From Escherichia phage ST0: a stretch of 64,000 nt of DNA. Below are positions 51,229 to 61,756 of this stretch, in pieces. Position 1 is the stretch's first letter; each line of letters starts with the position of its first letter. The DNA lies in the sequence record MF044457; one strand, written 5' to 3'. The notes beneath the pieces are model-generated. The model was not told the DNA's origin. It saw only the letters and a list, made by a program, of their open reading frames with translations, and did no database searches. A program made the translations under genes and the position numbers.

Positions 51229-51462
51229 TTAGAAGTCTTCTTCCTCATCCTCATCATCGTCGCCTTCAAGTTCGGCACGCTTACCTGCTAAGGCATCCCT
51301 GACAGAAATATCATCTGTATCTTTTAATTCCGTTTCTTTTATACGTTTCTTATAATAAGCTTCCAATTCTTCAAGCCCTTCTAGGGTATGACAACTAGCA
51401 ATTTTACCCATGAATTCGTCAATAGATGCTTCGTATAAAAATTGTTTAAATTCAAGTACCAT
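51229..51462 (-). CDS. uvsW.1: UvsW.1 (small acidic-tailed protein)
   Basis: 77 aa; recalled T4 UvsW.1 similarity; acidic C-terminus. Confidence 0.85.
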   Translation of the reverse strand: MVLEFKQFLYEASIDEFMGKIASCHTLEGLEELEAYYKKRIKETELKDTDDISVRDALAGKRAELEGDDDEDEEEDF

Positions 51463-51487
51463 TTTTATCTCCTAAGGGCCGAAGCCC

Positions 51488-53002
51488 TTATAAATTAATT
51501 GTTTTCATTACATAGTTAAATTTCTCATCAGCGTAACGTTGGATACGATCAATACCGTGTTTTAACAAGTAATTAAGATGAGTATACTTCTTTTTAGTAT
51601 TTAATGATTTAGGTTTTACACCTGCGTCATCGATGAGATCCCAAACTGTAGCAACAGCTTTAGAACCATGCTTACGAAGCACGCGACCTACGGTTTGAAG
51701 TACGATAATTTTTGATTTAACACCATGAGCAAAAATAACGTGATGAAGATTCTTGACTGAAATACCAGTAGAGAATACTCCATATGATGCGACAATAATA
51801 ATGCCTTTACCATTTTCTGCCATGACTTTAAGCGCGTTACGTGTTTCAGTATCAACTTCACCTGATACGTAATAAACTTTTTCGTATCCAAGCTCTTTAA
51901 TAGCTTCAAATATTTCTTTACCGTGTGTAACGTGTTTAAACATTACAAAGGCGTTCTCGTCTTTCTTAGCCAATTTGACTGAAAGTTGAGCAATCCACTT
52001 TGTACGACGTTTTAGTCCGGTAATAATTTTAACTTCTTCTTGGTATGTTTTACCTTTTAATTTAACAGTGAATTCGTCCGGATAACGAAGGAAAATACTA
52101 TTAATCTTAAGCTCAGTTACCTGTCCATCTTCCATTAATTTAGACGTGCTAACAGGACGGAAGATTTCGCCGAACATACCTACGTACTGCATTACATTGG
52201 CCTTTCCGTCTCTTAATGAGCCAGATAAACCGAATTTAAACATACAATTATTTAATCCTGAGATAATTGAAGAAATACTTTTGCCTGTTGCTAAGTGGCA
52301 TTCATCGTTCATCATCATACCGAACTGAGAGAACCATTCTTTAGGCTGCTTAACTACTGTTTGCCATGTGCCAACAATAATTGGAGCGTCGTTTTTAGCT
52401 CTGTCTGCTTTATCGGCACCGCCGCCAATTTTCTTAATCATCGAATGACTAAACAAGCGATAATCAACAAAATCATTAGCCATCTGGGTTGTCAATGCTG
52501 TTGTAGGGACGATAATGAGAATTTTACCTTCATAGTTCTCTAGATAATACCGAGCTAAAAGTGCTTGGATTAGTGATTTACCTGCTGATGTCGGAAGGTT
52601 TAAAATTCGACGACGATTAACTAGTCCTTCATATACTGCATCTTTTTGATACCAATGTGGTTCGATTTTGGCGTTGCCCGAATAAATCTCTTGTTTAGAA
52701 AGCCATGCGTCAAAATCTTCCCTGGTAAGGTCTTCGGTCTCAAAGATTTTAGGGTCAATCCATACAGAATAACTCATATTGTTACAGAACTTTTTTATTT
52801 GTCCTACAAGTCCATATGGTAACAAACGGTTGTAATCTAAAAGTCGAATTCTACCATCCCATTGCCCATAGCGATATTTTGGGTTAAATTTATACCCGTC
52901 AGCTTCAAAGCTAAAAAAGTCACGAAGTTCGTAAAACGTACTTTCGTCGCATTCAATGCGCACGTGACTAAAATCATAAAAATGTACTTTAATGTCAGTC
53001 AT
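51488..53002 (-). CDS. uvsW: UvsW RNA-DNA and DNA-DNA helicase
   Basis: 504 aa; SF2 helicase motifs (LPTSAGKS Walker A, DECH box); size as T4 UvsW. Confidence 0.95.
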   Translation of the reverse strand: MTDIKVHFYDFSHVRIECDESTFYELRDFFSFEADGYKFNPKYRYGQWDGRIRLLDYNRLLPYGLVGQIKKFCNNMSYSVWIDPKIFETEDLTREDFDAWLSKQEIYSGNAKIEPHWYQKDAVYEGLVNRRRILNLPTSAGKSLIQALLARYYLENYEGKILIIVPTTALTTQMANDFVDYRLFSHSMIKKIGGGADKADRAKNDAPIIVGTWQTVVKQPKEWFSQFGMMMNDECHLATGKSISSIISGLNNCMFKFGLSGSLRDGKANVMQYVGMFGEIFRPVSTSKLMEDGQVTELKINSIFLRYPDEFTVKLKGKTYQEEVKIITGLKRRTKWIAQLSVKLAKKDENAFVMFKHVTHGKEIFEAIKELGYEKVYYVSGEVDTETRNALKVMAENGKGIIIVASYGVFSTGISVKNLHHVIFAHGVKSKIIVLQTVGRVLRKHGSKAVATVWDLIDDAGVKPKSLNTKKKYTHLNYLLKHGIDRIQRYADEKFNYVMKTINL

Positions 53003-53031
53003 GTCAAATTACCATGTAATAAATATAGTTA

Positions 53032-53039
53032 TATTTATA
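53032..53039 (-). promoter_or_regulatory. late promoter (TATAAATA) for uvsW
   Basis: Plus-strand TATTTATA 30 nt upstream of the uvsW start. Confidence 0.6.
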
Positions 53040-53052
53040 ATGAGGAAATATT

Positions 53053-53721
53053 ATGATCGATAAAGACTATATTGAAGAGTTACGTGCTCTTTCTGATAAA
53101 AAGGAAGCCAAAGCTAAACTGTTTGAATATGCGGAACAATTTGGCATTAGTGTTAAGAAAACAAAATCATTCGATAATATTGTTATTGATATCGAAGAAG
53201 CTCTTAACGCACTGGCTGATGAACCATTACCTGAAACTGATGGATTATCTATCACCGATTTAATTACTGCCGCAGATGATGTGGACGGTGTTAATTTCAC
53301 CAACGAAGAAGTTAAAGAAGAAGCTATTCTGTTGTTTGATTCTCCAACAGAACAAGTTGAAGTATTAGAAGTTGTCGAACAAGAAAAAGAATTCGACCAT
53401 GATAAATTCGAAGAAGCAATTACTCAGGTTGTTGAATCTGAAAAAGAGCCTGAGACAGAGGTAAATAAAGAAGTAAAATTTGTTCTGCCTGAAAATTTTA
53501 GTCCTACACTCATTAAATTAGGCAAAGGCCCAGGGTATGTTACTGTTCCTTGGTGGATTTATCAGTGGATAGCCGAAACACCTGATTGGAAATCTCGCCC
53601 AACTAGTTTTGTGCACGCTTCTGCTCACCAAACGTTATTTAGCTTAATTTATTATATTAATCGCGATGGATCAGTTCTAATTCGTGAAACTCGTAATTCT
53701 TCTTTTGTAACATTAAAATAA
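53053..53721 (+). CDS. inh: probable Inh (inhibitor of prohead protease gp21)
   Basis: 222 aa with acidic N-terminal half; position next to hoc as in T4. Confidence 0.7.
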   Translation: MIDKDYIEELRALSDKKEAKAKLFEYAEQFGISVKKTKSFDNIVIDIEEALNALADEPLPETDGLSITDLITAADDVDGVNFTNEEVKEEAILLFDSPTEQVEVLEVVEQEKEFDHDKFEEAITQVVESEKEPETEVNKEVKFVLPENFSPTLIKLGKGPGYVTVPWWIYQWIAETPDWKSRPTSFVHASAHQTLFSLIYYINRDGSVLIRETRNSSFVTLK

Positions 53722-53730
53722 GGATAACTT

Positions 53731-54861
53731 ATGGCTTTTACAGTTGATATAACTCCTAAAACACCTACTGGAGTTATAGATGAGACTAAGCAGTTTACTG
53801 CTACTCCCAGTGGTGAAACTGGAGGTGGAACTATTACCTATGCATGGAGTGTAGACGGTGCTCCTCAAGTAGGATCGGCAGAAACTTTTGATTATGTGTT
53901 AAAAGGACCTGCTGGAACAAAAACAATTAAAGTTGTTGCAACAAATACTATTCCTGACTCTGAAGCTGAAACAGCTGAAATTAGTACAACTATTACAGTT
54001 CAAAACAAAACACAGACAACTACCTTGGCAGTAACTCCCAATAGTCCTCCAACAGGAGTAATTGGAACCCCAGTTCAATTTACCGCCGCCTTAGCTTCTC
54101 AACCATCAGGTGCATCTGCTACGTATCAGTGGCATGTAGATGGTTCTCCTGTGAGCGAAGCAACTAGTGCTACATTCAATTACACTCCTACTACAAGCGG
54201 AGTTAAAAAAATCAAGTGTGTAGCTCAAGTAACAGCGACAGATTATGATGCACTGAGCGTTACTTCTAATGAAGTATCATTGACAGTTAATAAGAAGACA
54301 ATGAATCCACAGGTTGCACTGACTCCTCCTTCTATTAACGTTCAGCAAGATGCTTCGGCTACGTTTACTGCTAACGTAACTGATGCTCCTGAAGAAGCGC
54401 AAATCGAATATTCATGGAAGAAAGATTCTTCTCCTGTAGAAGGGTCAACTAATGTATATACCGTTGATACATCATCTATTGGAAGTCAAACTATTGAAGT
54501 TACTGCAACTATTACTGCAACTGATTACGATAGCAAAACTATTACAGCAGAAGGTCAAGTTCAGGTAACTGATAAAGTTGCTCCAGAACCAGAAGGTGAA
54601 CTACCTTATGTTCATCCTCTTCCACATCGTACTTCAGCTTACATCTGGTGCGGTTGGTGGGTTATGGATGAAATACAAAAAATGACTGAAGAAGGTAAAG
54701 ATTGGAAAACTGAAGATCCGGATAGTAAGTATTACTTGCATCGTTATACGCTTCAGAAGATGATGAAAGACTACCCAGAAGTTGATGTTCAAGAATCACG
54801 TAATGGATACATCATCCATAAAACTGCTTTAGAAACTGGTATCATCTATACATATCCATAA
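53731..54861 (+). CDS. hoc: Hoc, highly immunogenic outer capsid protein
   Basis: 376 aa as in T4; tandem Ig-like repeat units (recurrent T.T.ATD/ITATDYD-type beta-strand motifs); synteny. Confidence 0.9.
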   Translation: MAFTVDITPKTPTGVIDETKQFTATPSGETGGGTITYAWSVDGAPQVGSAETFDYVLKGPAGTKTIKVVATNTIPDSEAETAEISTTITVQNKTQTTTLAVTPNSPPTGVIGTPVQFTAALASQPSGASATYQWHVDGSPVSEATSATFNYTPTTSGVKKIKCVAQVTATDYDALSVTSNEVSLTVNKKTMNPQVALTPPSINVQQDASATFTANVTDAPEEAQIEYSWKKDSSPVEGSTNVYTVDTSSIGSQTIEVTATITATDYDSKTITAEGQVQVTDKVAPEPEGELPYVHPLPHRTSAYIWCGWWVMDEIQKMTEEGKDWKTEDPDSKYYLHRYTLQKMMKDYPEVDVQESRNGYIIHKTALETGIIYTYP

Positions 54862-54867
54862 TCGTAA

Positions 54868-54895
54868 GGGGCTTCGGCCCCTTTCTTCGTTTTTA
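54868..54895 (+). terminator. rho-independent terminator after hoc
   Basis: GGGGC-TTCG-GCCCC hairpin followed by a T-rich run. Confidence 0.7.
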
Positions 54896-54949
54896 AAGCA
54901 TAAAAACACGACTTGAGATTGATGTATATAATGGCACCAACTCGATAAC

Positions 54950-55156
54950 ATGAGATTGATTATGAGAACTGAAGTTGAAGTTTATACATTACATGAGGCG
55001 GGATTTTCATTCGTAGAAATTGCTCAAAAAATCGGTTTACAACCTAAAGATGTTGGATTACTATGGACTAAAGCCGAGACAGCTCGGTCAAAGTTTAAAG
55101 CAAAAGAAAAAGTTGTATACCGTAAACGTTTGATTAACAAAAAGGTGAAGAAATGA
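54950..55156 (+). CDS. small protein with helix-turn-helix-like segment (68 aa)
   Basis: ORF; segment FSFVEIAQKIGLQPKDV resembles an HTH; basic C-terminus. Confidence 0.45.
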   Translation: MRLIMRTEVEVYTLHEAGFSFVEIAQKIGLQPKDVGLLWTKAETARSKFKAKEKVVYRKRLINKKVKK

Positions 55157-55404
55157 GTTTTGCACAGGAATTAAGAGAAAGGGCCCTGGCCACTAAAGCC
55201 AATTTGTTGAAAGATTTTATTGCTAACTTCTCTGTGATGGCAGAGAAAGCCGCTGACAAAGGCCAGACACAATTCACGTACTATCCATCAAAGAATGATT
55301 TAACTATCACTGAGCAAGTTGGGCAGTGGTTACGTGATAACGGCTTTCAGTACAAAATTAATCACGACCAGCGTGATGGGCACTGGATAGAAATCAAGTT
55401 CTAG
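55153..55404 (+). CDS. hypothetical protein (83 aa)
   Basis: ORF with ATGA overlap. Confidence 0.45.
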   Translation: MSFAQELRERALATKANLLKDFIANFSVMAEKAADKGQTQFTYYPSKNDLTITEQVGQWLRDNGFQYKINHDQRDGHWIEIKF

Positions 55405-55423
55405 TATGCTTTACATTTTTTGA

Positions 55424-55486
55424 TGGTATAATGAATCTAGGTTCTATCCATTCAAATTAAACATCGGGTCGGAGACAGAGTCTCTG
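55424..55486 (+). promoter_or_regulatory. extended -10 promoter (TGGTATAAT) followed by a stem-loop, upstream of rnlB
   Basis: TGnTATAAT at 55424-55432; hairpin CGGAGAC-AGA-GTCTCTG at 55470-55486. Confidence 0.4.
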
Positions 55487-55523
55487 CTAATTATTTTGAT
55501 ATTATTATTTATAATGGTGATTT

Positions 55524-56522
55524 ATGTTTAAGAAATACAGCAGTCTTGAAAACCACTACAACTCTAAGTTTATTGAAAAACTCTACACTAATGGTTTGAC
55601 TACTGGTGTTTGGGTAGCACGTGAGAAAATCCATGGGACTAACTTCTCGTTAATAATTGAACGTGACAACGTCACATGCGCCAAGCGCACAGGCCCTATT
55701 CTTCCAGCAGAAGATTTTTATGGCTATGAAATCGTACTCAAGAAGTATGATAAAGCTATTAAAGCCGTTCAGGAATTAATGCACGCAGCTCGAGCCGTAT
55801 CATATCAAGTATTCGGTGAATTTGCTGGTGGTGGAATCCAGAAAGGTGTTGACTACGGTGAAAAAGATTTTTATGTGTTCGATATCCTTATCAATACGGA
55901 AAGTGGTGACAATACGTATTTGACCGATTACGAAATGCAAGATTTCTGTAATGAATTCGGTTTTAAAATGGCACCAATGCTTGGTCGTGGAACATTTGAT
56001 TCTCTTATCATGATTCCAAATGACCTTGATTCGGTCTTAGCCGCTTATAATGCTACTGCGTCAGAAGACCTTGTAGAAGCAAATAATTGTGTATTTGATG
56101 CTAATGTTATTGGCGATAATACGGCAGAAGGTTATGTTCTGAAGCCTTGTTTCCCTAAATGGCTGCCAAACGGTACTCGTGTAGCTATTAAGTGCAAGAA
56201 CTCTAAATTCAGTGAAAAGAAAAAGTCTGATAAGCCTATTAAAACTCAGGTTCCATTAACAGAAACTGACAAAAACTTGCTTGATGTTCTAGCTTGTTAT
56301 GTTACATTAAACCGTGTTAATAATGTTATTTCTAAGATTGGTGCTGTAACGCCAAAAGATTTTGGCAAAGTGATGGGATTGACTGTTCAAGATATTCTGG
56401 AAGAAACTTCTCGTGAAGGTATTGTATTAACATCATCTGATAATCCGAATCTTGTTAAGAAAGAATTGGTCCGAATGGTGCAAGATGTTCTGCGTCCTGC
56501 ATGGATTGAATTAGTATCATAA
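55524..56522 (+). CDS. rnlB: RNA ligase 2
   Basis: 332 aa; nucleotidyltransferase motif I KIHGTN; size as T4 Rnl2 (334 aa). Confidence 0.92.
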   Translation: MFKKYSSLENHYNSKFIEKLYTNGLTTGVWVAREKIHGTNFSLIIERDNVTCAKRTGPILPAEDFYGYEIVLKKYDKAIKAVQELMHAARAVSYQVFGEFAGGGIQKGVDYGEKDFYVFDILINTESGDNTYLTDYEMQDFCNEFGFKMAPMLGRGTFDSLIMIPNDLDSVLAAYNATASEDLVEANNCVFDANVIGDNTAEGYVLKPCFPKWLPNGTRVAIKCKNSKFSEKKKSDKPIKTQVPLTETDKNLLDVLACYVTLNRVNNVISKIGAVTPKDFGKVMGLTVQDILEETSREGIVLTSSDNPNLVKKELVRMVQDVLRPAWIELVS

Positions 56523-56529
56523 CAAAAAA

Positions 56530-56552
56530 GGGACCGTAAGGTCCCTTTTTTT
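56530..56552. terminator. bidirectional terminator between convergent rnlB and gene 24
   Basis: GGGACC-GTAA-GGTCCC hairpin flanked by an A-run upstream and a T-run downstream. Confidence 0.75.
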
Positions 56553-57834
56553 ATTCATCAATGATAATTTTTGGTAGTTTAACACCGAGTAAAACAGACA
56601 AGTCTGAACGTCCTGCCATTTTATCCATGTCCCCACCATCAATTACTCTCGCTTCTTTTTCATCTTTTGCTACTGTGTAAGGATTTGCTGATAAAGCATA
56701 TCTAACCAATAATCCGATAGACGGTTGCAAGCTTTCTGGATCAACTACAACTTTAAATGCACCAACATGTTCTGGGTCATCTAAATCTACTCCTTCAGTG
56801 TATGGAGCATAAAAGATGGACCCTACAATTTCTTTTTCGCCGAGATTTTCTACAACACCCACAATAACATAATCTAATGGGCTGTTGGTATCGCAGTAAA
56901 GAGGTAATCCATTTGCCAAGAATCCATAAGCATTTTGTGAAAGATACTTGTCATCTTCTGGCTTATGTTTTAACCAACCGGAAGCAGCAAGAATAGCAGC
57001 TGCACGAGCTGAGGCTACACAAAACGTTGCAGTATAAGTTGTCTCTTTTTGAATGTGTGATACCATTTCACACACCATTCGATATAATGAACGACCTGCT
57101 TCTGGAGCGGATGCATAGCTCAAGTCAATAAATCCAGTGTCAGTAATTCCAGTAACTTTATAACGTTTCGATACAGTAATTAAAGACTGAAGAATATCTT
57201 TATTAATTTCATCTGCCATTTCAGTAGCAAGCAAATCTTCTAAGAAGTTAGGGGCATCAAATCCATTCGCTTCCAAATCTTGCGCTAATTCGACCGTGAG
57301 GCCAGTTTTAAGTTTACGAGATTTGACTGAAGTTTGCCATTTATTAATCTGGAATCTTGCATCAGAAATTTCGCTATCAGAGCTTTCAAATTTGCTTGTT
57401 ACCGCTGCATCTGAAAATAACCGTACCTTTAAATGAACGACCGCAATCTGAAGAGCTAATTCTAGATCACTTTCTTGAATATCTGCAAACGGTGTATCTT
57501 CTAACACTTTATAGACGATATTATTATATTTGAAAAAATCGCCTTTATTTAGTGTGACTTTTGATTCTTCTGTGAGCTCAGTAATTTTTTCTCGGTCTAC
57601 ATATCCAACTTCACCCGCATAAGTAGCACCAGTTTTAAATGTGAATTCATTATCTGGGTTAAGATATTTGATACCATAAAAAGCAGCAACAGGTTGATTA
57701 GTTCTTTGTGTTGCTACAATGTCAGAATATATTAATTTAGTCGTAGCGCGAGTCAAAGCAACGAGATTTGGGCGACCAATTGAGTTGCTAGTAGACGTTG
57801 TAGATTCACGCAATAATTTTTGGATTTTACTCAT
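56551..57834 (-). CDS. 24: head vertex protein gp24
   Basis: 427 aa as in T4; fold-related composition to gp23; synteny. Confidence 0.93.
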   Translation of the reverse strand: MSKIQKLLRESTTSTSNSIGRPNLVALTRATTKLIYSDIVATQRTNQPVAAFYGIKYLNPDNEFTFKTGATYAGEVGYVDREKITELTEESKVTLNKGDFFKYNNIVYKVLEDTPFADIQESDLELALQIAVVHLKVRLFSDAAVTSKFESSDSEISDARFQINKWQTSVKSRKLKTGLTVELAQDLEANGFDAPNFLEDLLATEMADEINKDILQSLITVSKRYKVTGITDTGFIDLSYASAPEAGRSLYRMVCEMVSHIQKETTYTATFCVASARAAAILAASGWLKHKPEDDKYLSQNAYGFLANGLPLYCDTNSPLDYVIVGVVENLGEKEIVGSIFYAPYTEGVDLDDPEHVGAFKVVVDPESLQPSIGLLVRYALSANPYTVAKDEKEARVIDGGDMDKMAGRSDLSVLLGVKLPKIIIDE

Positions 57835-57861
57835 TGCATTTTTTCCTTATGTGATATAGAT

Positions 57862-57869
57862 TATTTATA
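57862..57869 (-). promoter_or_regulatory. late promoter (TATAAATA) for gene 24
   Basis: Plus-strand TATTTATA 28 nt upstream of the gene 24 start. Confidence 0.6.
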
Positions 57870-57875
57870 AAGATT

Positions 57876-57905
57876 GTTTACAACGTATTTGGTATGTGAT
57901 ACTAT
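57876..57905 (+). promoter_or_regulatory. early promoter (GTTTAC, 18 nt, TACTAT)
   Basis: Consensus elements upstream of the ORF at 57936. Confidence 0.5.
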
Positions 57906-57935
57906 AGACTTATCAACTACAGAGGAGTAAACAAA

Positions 57936-58205
57936 ATGACTAAAGCACGTTTCTTACGAGATACTTTAAAAGTTCTAGAAGCTGAAGCGGTTAAGTTAGT
58001 AGAAAAATATGGTGCAAAAGTTAATGGTAATGCCTTCAACAAAGTATGGATGAAAGTTGATTCTGAAGCTCGAGCTAAAGGTTATTGGGCCACTGATAAA
58101 CTTGCATCATTCAAAAACAAAGACGGTTCTCCGGCATATGTCCAAGAAGGTATGCCTAATTGGCAAAATATTTTGAAAACTTACATCGAAATTGCACAGA
58201 AATAA
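57936..58205 (+). CDS. hypothetical protein (89 aa) between genes 24 and 23
   Basis: ORF with SD GAGGAG. Confidence 0.5.
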   Translation: MTKARFLRDTLKVLEAEAVKLVEKYGAKVNGNAFNKVWMKVDSEARAKGYWATDKLASFKNKDGSPAYVQEGMPNWQNILKTYIEIAQK

Positions 58206-58214
58206 AACCAAAAA

Positions 58215-58234
58215 TGGGAGACCGAAGTCTCCCA
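58215..58234. terminator. terminator hairpin downstream of gene 23 (minus strand)
   Basis: TGGGAGAC-CGAA-GTCTCCCA stem with T-run on the minus-strand side. Confidence 0.65.
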
Positions 58235-58257
58235 AAATAAGATTTAATCAATTAAGA

Positions 58258-59826
58258 TTAGATGCCTTTTACATATACACGGCGGAAGTAAGCGTTCTTA
58301 CCAAGGCTGTTCAGGATAGACGGCATACCGGACTGGATGCGAGCACCTGGAGCCTGCAGGGAACTTTCAGCAAACGGGTTAACACCGATACCGTAACGAG
58401 TTTTAAAGCCCATTACCGGCTGGAAGTTCTTAGGATCGGAACCACGCAGTGGGGTAAGTGCAACGTAAGGAGCATAGTAAATACCTGCATCCATTTCGTT
58501 AGCGCCTTTGTAACCAACGGTGAAGTAATCCTGTTTAGCATACTGGTCGATGTATACGCGGTATTTACCACCAAGTACACCGGCAAATACAGACTTAGTA
58601 GTGTCGGTATTAAAACCAGAAGCCAGACCCTGTGCAGCGTAAGAAATACCAGTATCAACTGAAGCCAGTACGTTAACTACGTTACGGGAAGCGATAATGA
58701 AGTTACCTTCACCACGACCGGTTTGACGAGCAATTTCAACTGCTTCTTTATCAATCTGGAACAACAGAGATTTAAAGCTTTCACCGGCCCAACGAGCACC
58801 ACGGATATCAATCGGGTCCTGGAAGTCAAATACACCGGCTTTAGAACCCGGAGTCAGGGTCATACCAGATTTACCAACCTGTGCTGAGTAGTTAATCCAA
58901 TCAACAACTTCACGGTTGATTTCTAGCATAATTTCTGTAGCCAGAATACCGCTCAGTTCAGCATCAGCATCCATACCGTGTACTGCACGGAGGTCTTGTG
59001 CTAATTCGATAGAGTAAGCAGCTTTCAGCTGGCGAGATTTAGCTTCAATAACTTGTTTATCGATACGGAAGCCCATTTCATTCCATGGGTTATCGGTAGA
59101 ACCGTTGAAACCTTCCTGGAGTTCAGCGATAGAAGTAGCCATACCTTCAGCGATTTCTACCAGTGCACCAGCTTCCATTTGTTTCTTAACTTCTGCATCT
59201 AATTTAGCAGCATCAGTCGCACTAGAATCAAGTGTTACGATAGCAGAAGCTTGCAGATATACGGTACCAGTTTCTTGGAAGAAGTGAGTATAGATATCAC
59301 CTACAACAGTAGTAGTGTCAGCAGCCAGAGCTGGGAATTTCTTAGCAGCACCCTGACCAGAGAACATCGCGTCCGGGGCATACATCGGATGGAAAGCTTC
59401 TTTAGCGCCAGCAGCGATAGGGTCTTTACCATATACTGCACGGAGAGCAAATACCTGACCGGTCGGGCTGTTCATAGGCTGAACACCACAAATATCAAAA
59501 GCGATCAGATTAGGAATAGCACGACGAACCATACCCATAACTGCCGGCCCAATTTGGGTTACTGCACCAGAGGTTTGACCTGCTGCGATGTTCTGAGCAT
59601 TATAACCGTGGTCGCCACCAATTTCAGCTTCGGTCAAGAAAGAACCAAATGCCTGAGCGATTTTCTCGTCTTTATATTCAGGGGATACTTCGAAATCTTT
59701 TTCCTGGTTTTCGAAGATTTTAGCGATAATAGCCTGCTTGCTATTAGCGATTTCCGGCAGGCCTTCACCTTCCAGCAGTTCTTTCCATTTGTCTACGAGC
59801 TGAGCTTTAGTTTTGATAGTAGTCAT
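58258..59826 (-). CDS. 23: major capsid protein gp23
   Basis: 522 aa (T4 521 aa); recalled T4 gp23 similarity; synteny 20-67-68-21-22-23. Confidence 0.97.
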   Translation of the reverse strand: MTTIKTKAQLVDKWKELLEGEGLPEIANSKQAIIAKIFENQEKDFEVSPEYKDEKIAQAFGSFLTEAEIGGDHGYNAQNIAAGQTSGAVTQIGPAVMGMVRRAIPNLIAFDICGVQPMNSPTGQVFALRAVYGKDPIAAGAKEAFHPMYAPDAMFSGQGAAKKFPALAADTTTVVGDIYTHFFQETGTVYLQASAIVTLDSSATDAAKLDAEVKKQMEAGALVEIAEGMATSIAELQEGFNGSTDNPWNEMGFRIDKQVIEAKSRQLKAAYSIELAQDLRAVHGMDADAELSGILATEIMLEINREVVDWINYSAQVGKSGMTLTPGSKAGVFDFQDPIDIRGARWAGESFKSLLFQIDKEAVEIARQTGRGEGNFIIASRNVVNVLASVDTGISYAAQGLASGFNTDTTKSVFAGVLGGKYRVYIDQYAKQDYFTVGYKGANEMDAGIYYAPYVALTPLRGSDPKNFQPVMGFKTRYGIGVNPFAESSLQAPGARIQSGMPSILNSLGKNAYFRRVYVKGI

Positions 59827-59843
59827 TTGTGTTAACCTTTAAA

Positions 59844-60656
59844 TTAGAAACGAGATGCGACTTTCGCATATAAACTTACATTAGAATTCTGTTCTACCTG
59901 AGTTGTGGTAGTGTCAACTGCTTCGGCAACAAAATTAAGACCGGCAGCGTCATTGTCAACTGTATTTATACTTTCGGTAATATCGGCTTCTTCTTTAGTA
60001 GAACCTTTAACCATTTCTACAATAGCAGTTAACTTAGTACCAAATGCGTCAGAATAATCCATACCTTCAACCAGGCCAATAACTTTTTCTTTCTGAGATT
60101 CAGTCAGGTCTTTTACGCTTTCATTAATAGCGGTTTCACGCTGAACGTAATTGATATATGCATCACGTTTGGTAACTTCTTCGAACAAACGAGCGGTTTC
60201 TTCTTTATGTTCGGCCAGCTCTTCTTCCATTTCTGCTACAACATCTACAGATTCTTCTGGAATAACAACGTTATGTTCAACAAACAGTTCTTTCAGACCA
60301 CCAAGCATGGATTCGAACAAATCAGCTTTAATGCCTTTATCAACTGCGATTTGGTTTTCTGCGAGCCATTCTTTTGCAAGATGGTCCAGGAATTTAGAAG
60401 CTTGTTCAGCCAATTTTTTATCAGCTTTCTCTTCAGCATCTTCTTTAGCCTTTTCAACTTCTTCTTCGGCTTTTTCGGCGATAGCTTTGATATGAGATTC
60501 AGCTAGTTTGACTGCTTCCTGCTTAACGGTGGCTTCGAATACAGTGCTGAAATTAGCTTTAACGTCCGGAGACAGTTCTACTGATTCGAAAACACTATTA
60601 AGAGCAACTGAAGTCTCGATATTCTGAGCTTCTTTCAAAAGTTGTTCTTTGATCAT
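59844..60656 (-). CDS. 22: prohead core scaffold protein gp22
   Basis: 270 aa; highly charged E/K-rich alpha-helical composition; synteny. Confidence 0.93.
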   Translation of the reverse strand: MIKEQLLKEAQNIETSVALNSVFESVELSPDVKANFSTVFEATVKQEAVKLAESHIKAIAEKAEEEVEKAKEDAEEKADKKLAEQASKFLDHLAKEWLAENQIAVDKGIKADLFESMLGGLKELFVEHNVVIPEESVDVVAEMEEELAEHKEETARLFEEVTKRDAYINYVQRETAINESVKDLTESQKEKVIGLVEGMDYSDAFGTKLTAIVEMVKGSTKEEADITESINTVDNDAAGLNFVAEAVDTTTTQVEQNSNVSLYAKVASRF

Positions 60657-60689
60657 TTTAGTGTCCTGTGGTTTAGATTACATTATTAT

Positions 60690-61331
60690 TTATAATGCTT
60701 TTAAACTCTCTGCGAGAGCTTTAAATGCTTCGTCAGCACTGTTTTTGGTGATTTCCACCGAATTTTCTGATTCTGATATTTGTTTAGGAGTAACCCAAGC
60801 ATCTGGAGCAGAAGGTCCCCATACGGCATCTACGCCGACGGTTAATTTAAATCCTTCGTTCACGATACGGTACCCTTTATTGGTGTCGGTTAAAGAACCA
60901 AGACCACGAGAGGAAACACCTGGAATCCAACCAGCTCGTATATTAGCAGCTAATTTATCACCGGGACCATGGTCGCCTTCAATAATTCTAGCACGTCCAT
61001 ATACATCGTTTCCTTTCCACCACATATCTTCAATAATGATAGCGGCTTGCATAGGGTCAACATTTGCACGAGGTGGATGGTTTAATTCTCCAAGGGCTTG
61101 TTTGGTTGCAACTTGTTCTTTAATATAGTCACTTACTGCTTTTTCCAAAACACGTTTAGGATATAAACGTTTATTTCGGTTAACAACCTCTGCCTGAAGA
61201 AAAATACCTTCTATATAAAGCCCTGGTTTTAAGCCAGAATCTTTTCCATCATGAGATTCCAACATTGGAACACCATCAATAATCTCACCGGGTTGACCCC
61301 AAGTTTCAATAAGTAACTCGGGTTTATTCAT
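60690..61331 (-). CDS. 21: prohead core protease gp21
   Basis: 213 aa (T4 212 aa); synteny. Confidence 0.93.
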   Translation of the reverse strand: MNKPELLIETWGQPGEIIDGVPMLESHDGKDSGLKPGLYIEGIFLQAEVVNRNKRLYPKRVLEKAVSDYIKEQVATKQALGELNHPPRANVDPMQAAIIIEDMWWKGNDVYGRARIIEGDHGPGDKLAANIRAGWIPGVSSRGLGSLTDTNKGYRIVNEGFKLTVGVDAVWGPSAPDAWVTPKQISESENSVEITKNSADEAFKALAESLKAL

Positions 61332-61756
61332 TAGCTTAATCCTAATGCTTTACGACGTTTAAGAGCTTTTTTACGCTTACGCAAGCCTTTAACTTGGCCT
61401 GAAGGGTTAGCTTTTTTAGCTTTAACGACCTTACGAGCGATTTGTCTACGTTTTGCTTTAGAAAGACCAGTTGTTTGGAACGCGGTACGTTCACGAGTTT
61501 TACGGTCTTTAGTGCGAGTGACTTCACCACGAGAAGAAACATGTTTAACGATAAACTCATTTAACTGTTCTTCATTAATAATGGAAGCCATTGCAACAGC
61601 TAAATCCGTTTCAGTTTCAAGCATGTTCTCGATAATAGTATTTATATCGTCAATATCGAGAGCAGAAGACAATGCATCGATTCGGCCCTGTGCTTCAGGA
61701 ATAAGTGCTTCGACATTTTCGAGTACCAATTCATAAGATTCAGGGATAAGATACAT
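61331..61756 (-). CDS. 68: prohead core protein gp68
   Basis: 141 aa as in T4; basic C-terminal tail. Confidence 0.9.
   Translation of the reverse strand: MYLIPESYELVLENVEALIPEAQGRIDALSSALDIDDINTIIENMLETETDLAVAMASIINEEQLNEFIVKHVSSRGEVTRTKDRKTRERTAFQTTGLSKAKRRQIARKVVKAKKANPSGQVKGLRKRKKALKRRKALGLS

Noticed and set aside
58192-59835. Plus-strand ORFs of 156 and 194 aa inside gene 23
   Set aside because: Antisense to the major capsid gene; products are low-complexity Ser/Thr/Cys-rich.
60151-61128. Plus-strand ORFs antisense to genes 22 and 21
   Set aside because: Opposite strand of confidently assigned prohead genes; Ser/Phe-rich low-complexity translations.
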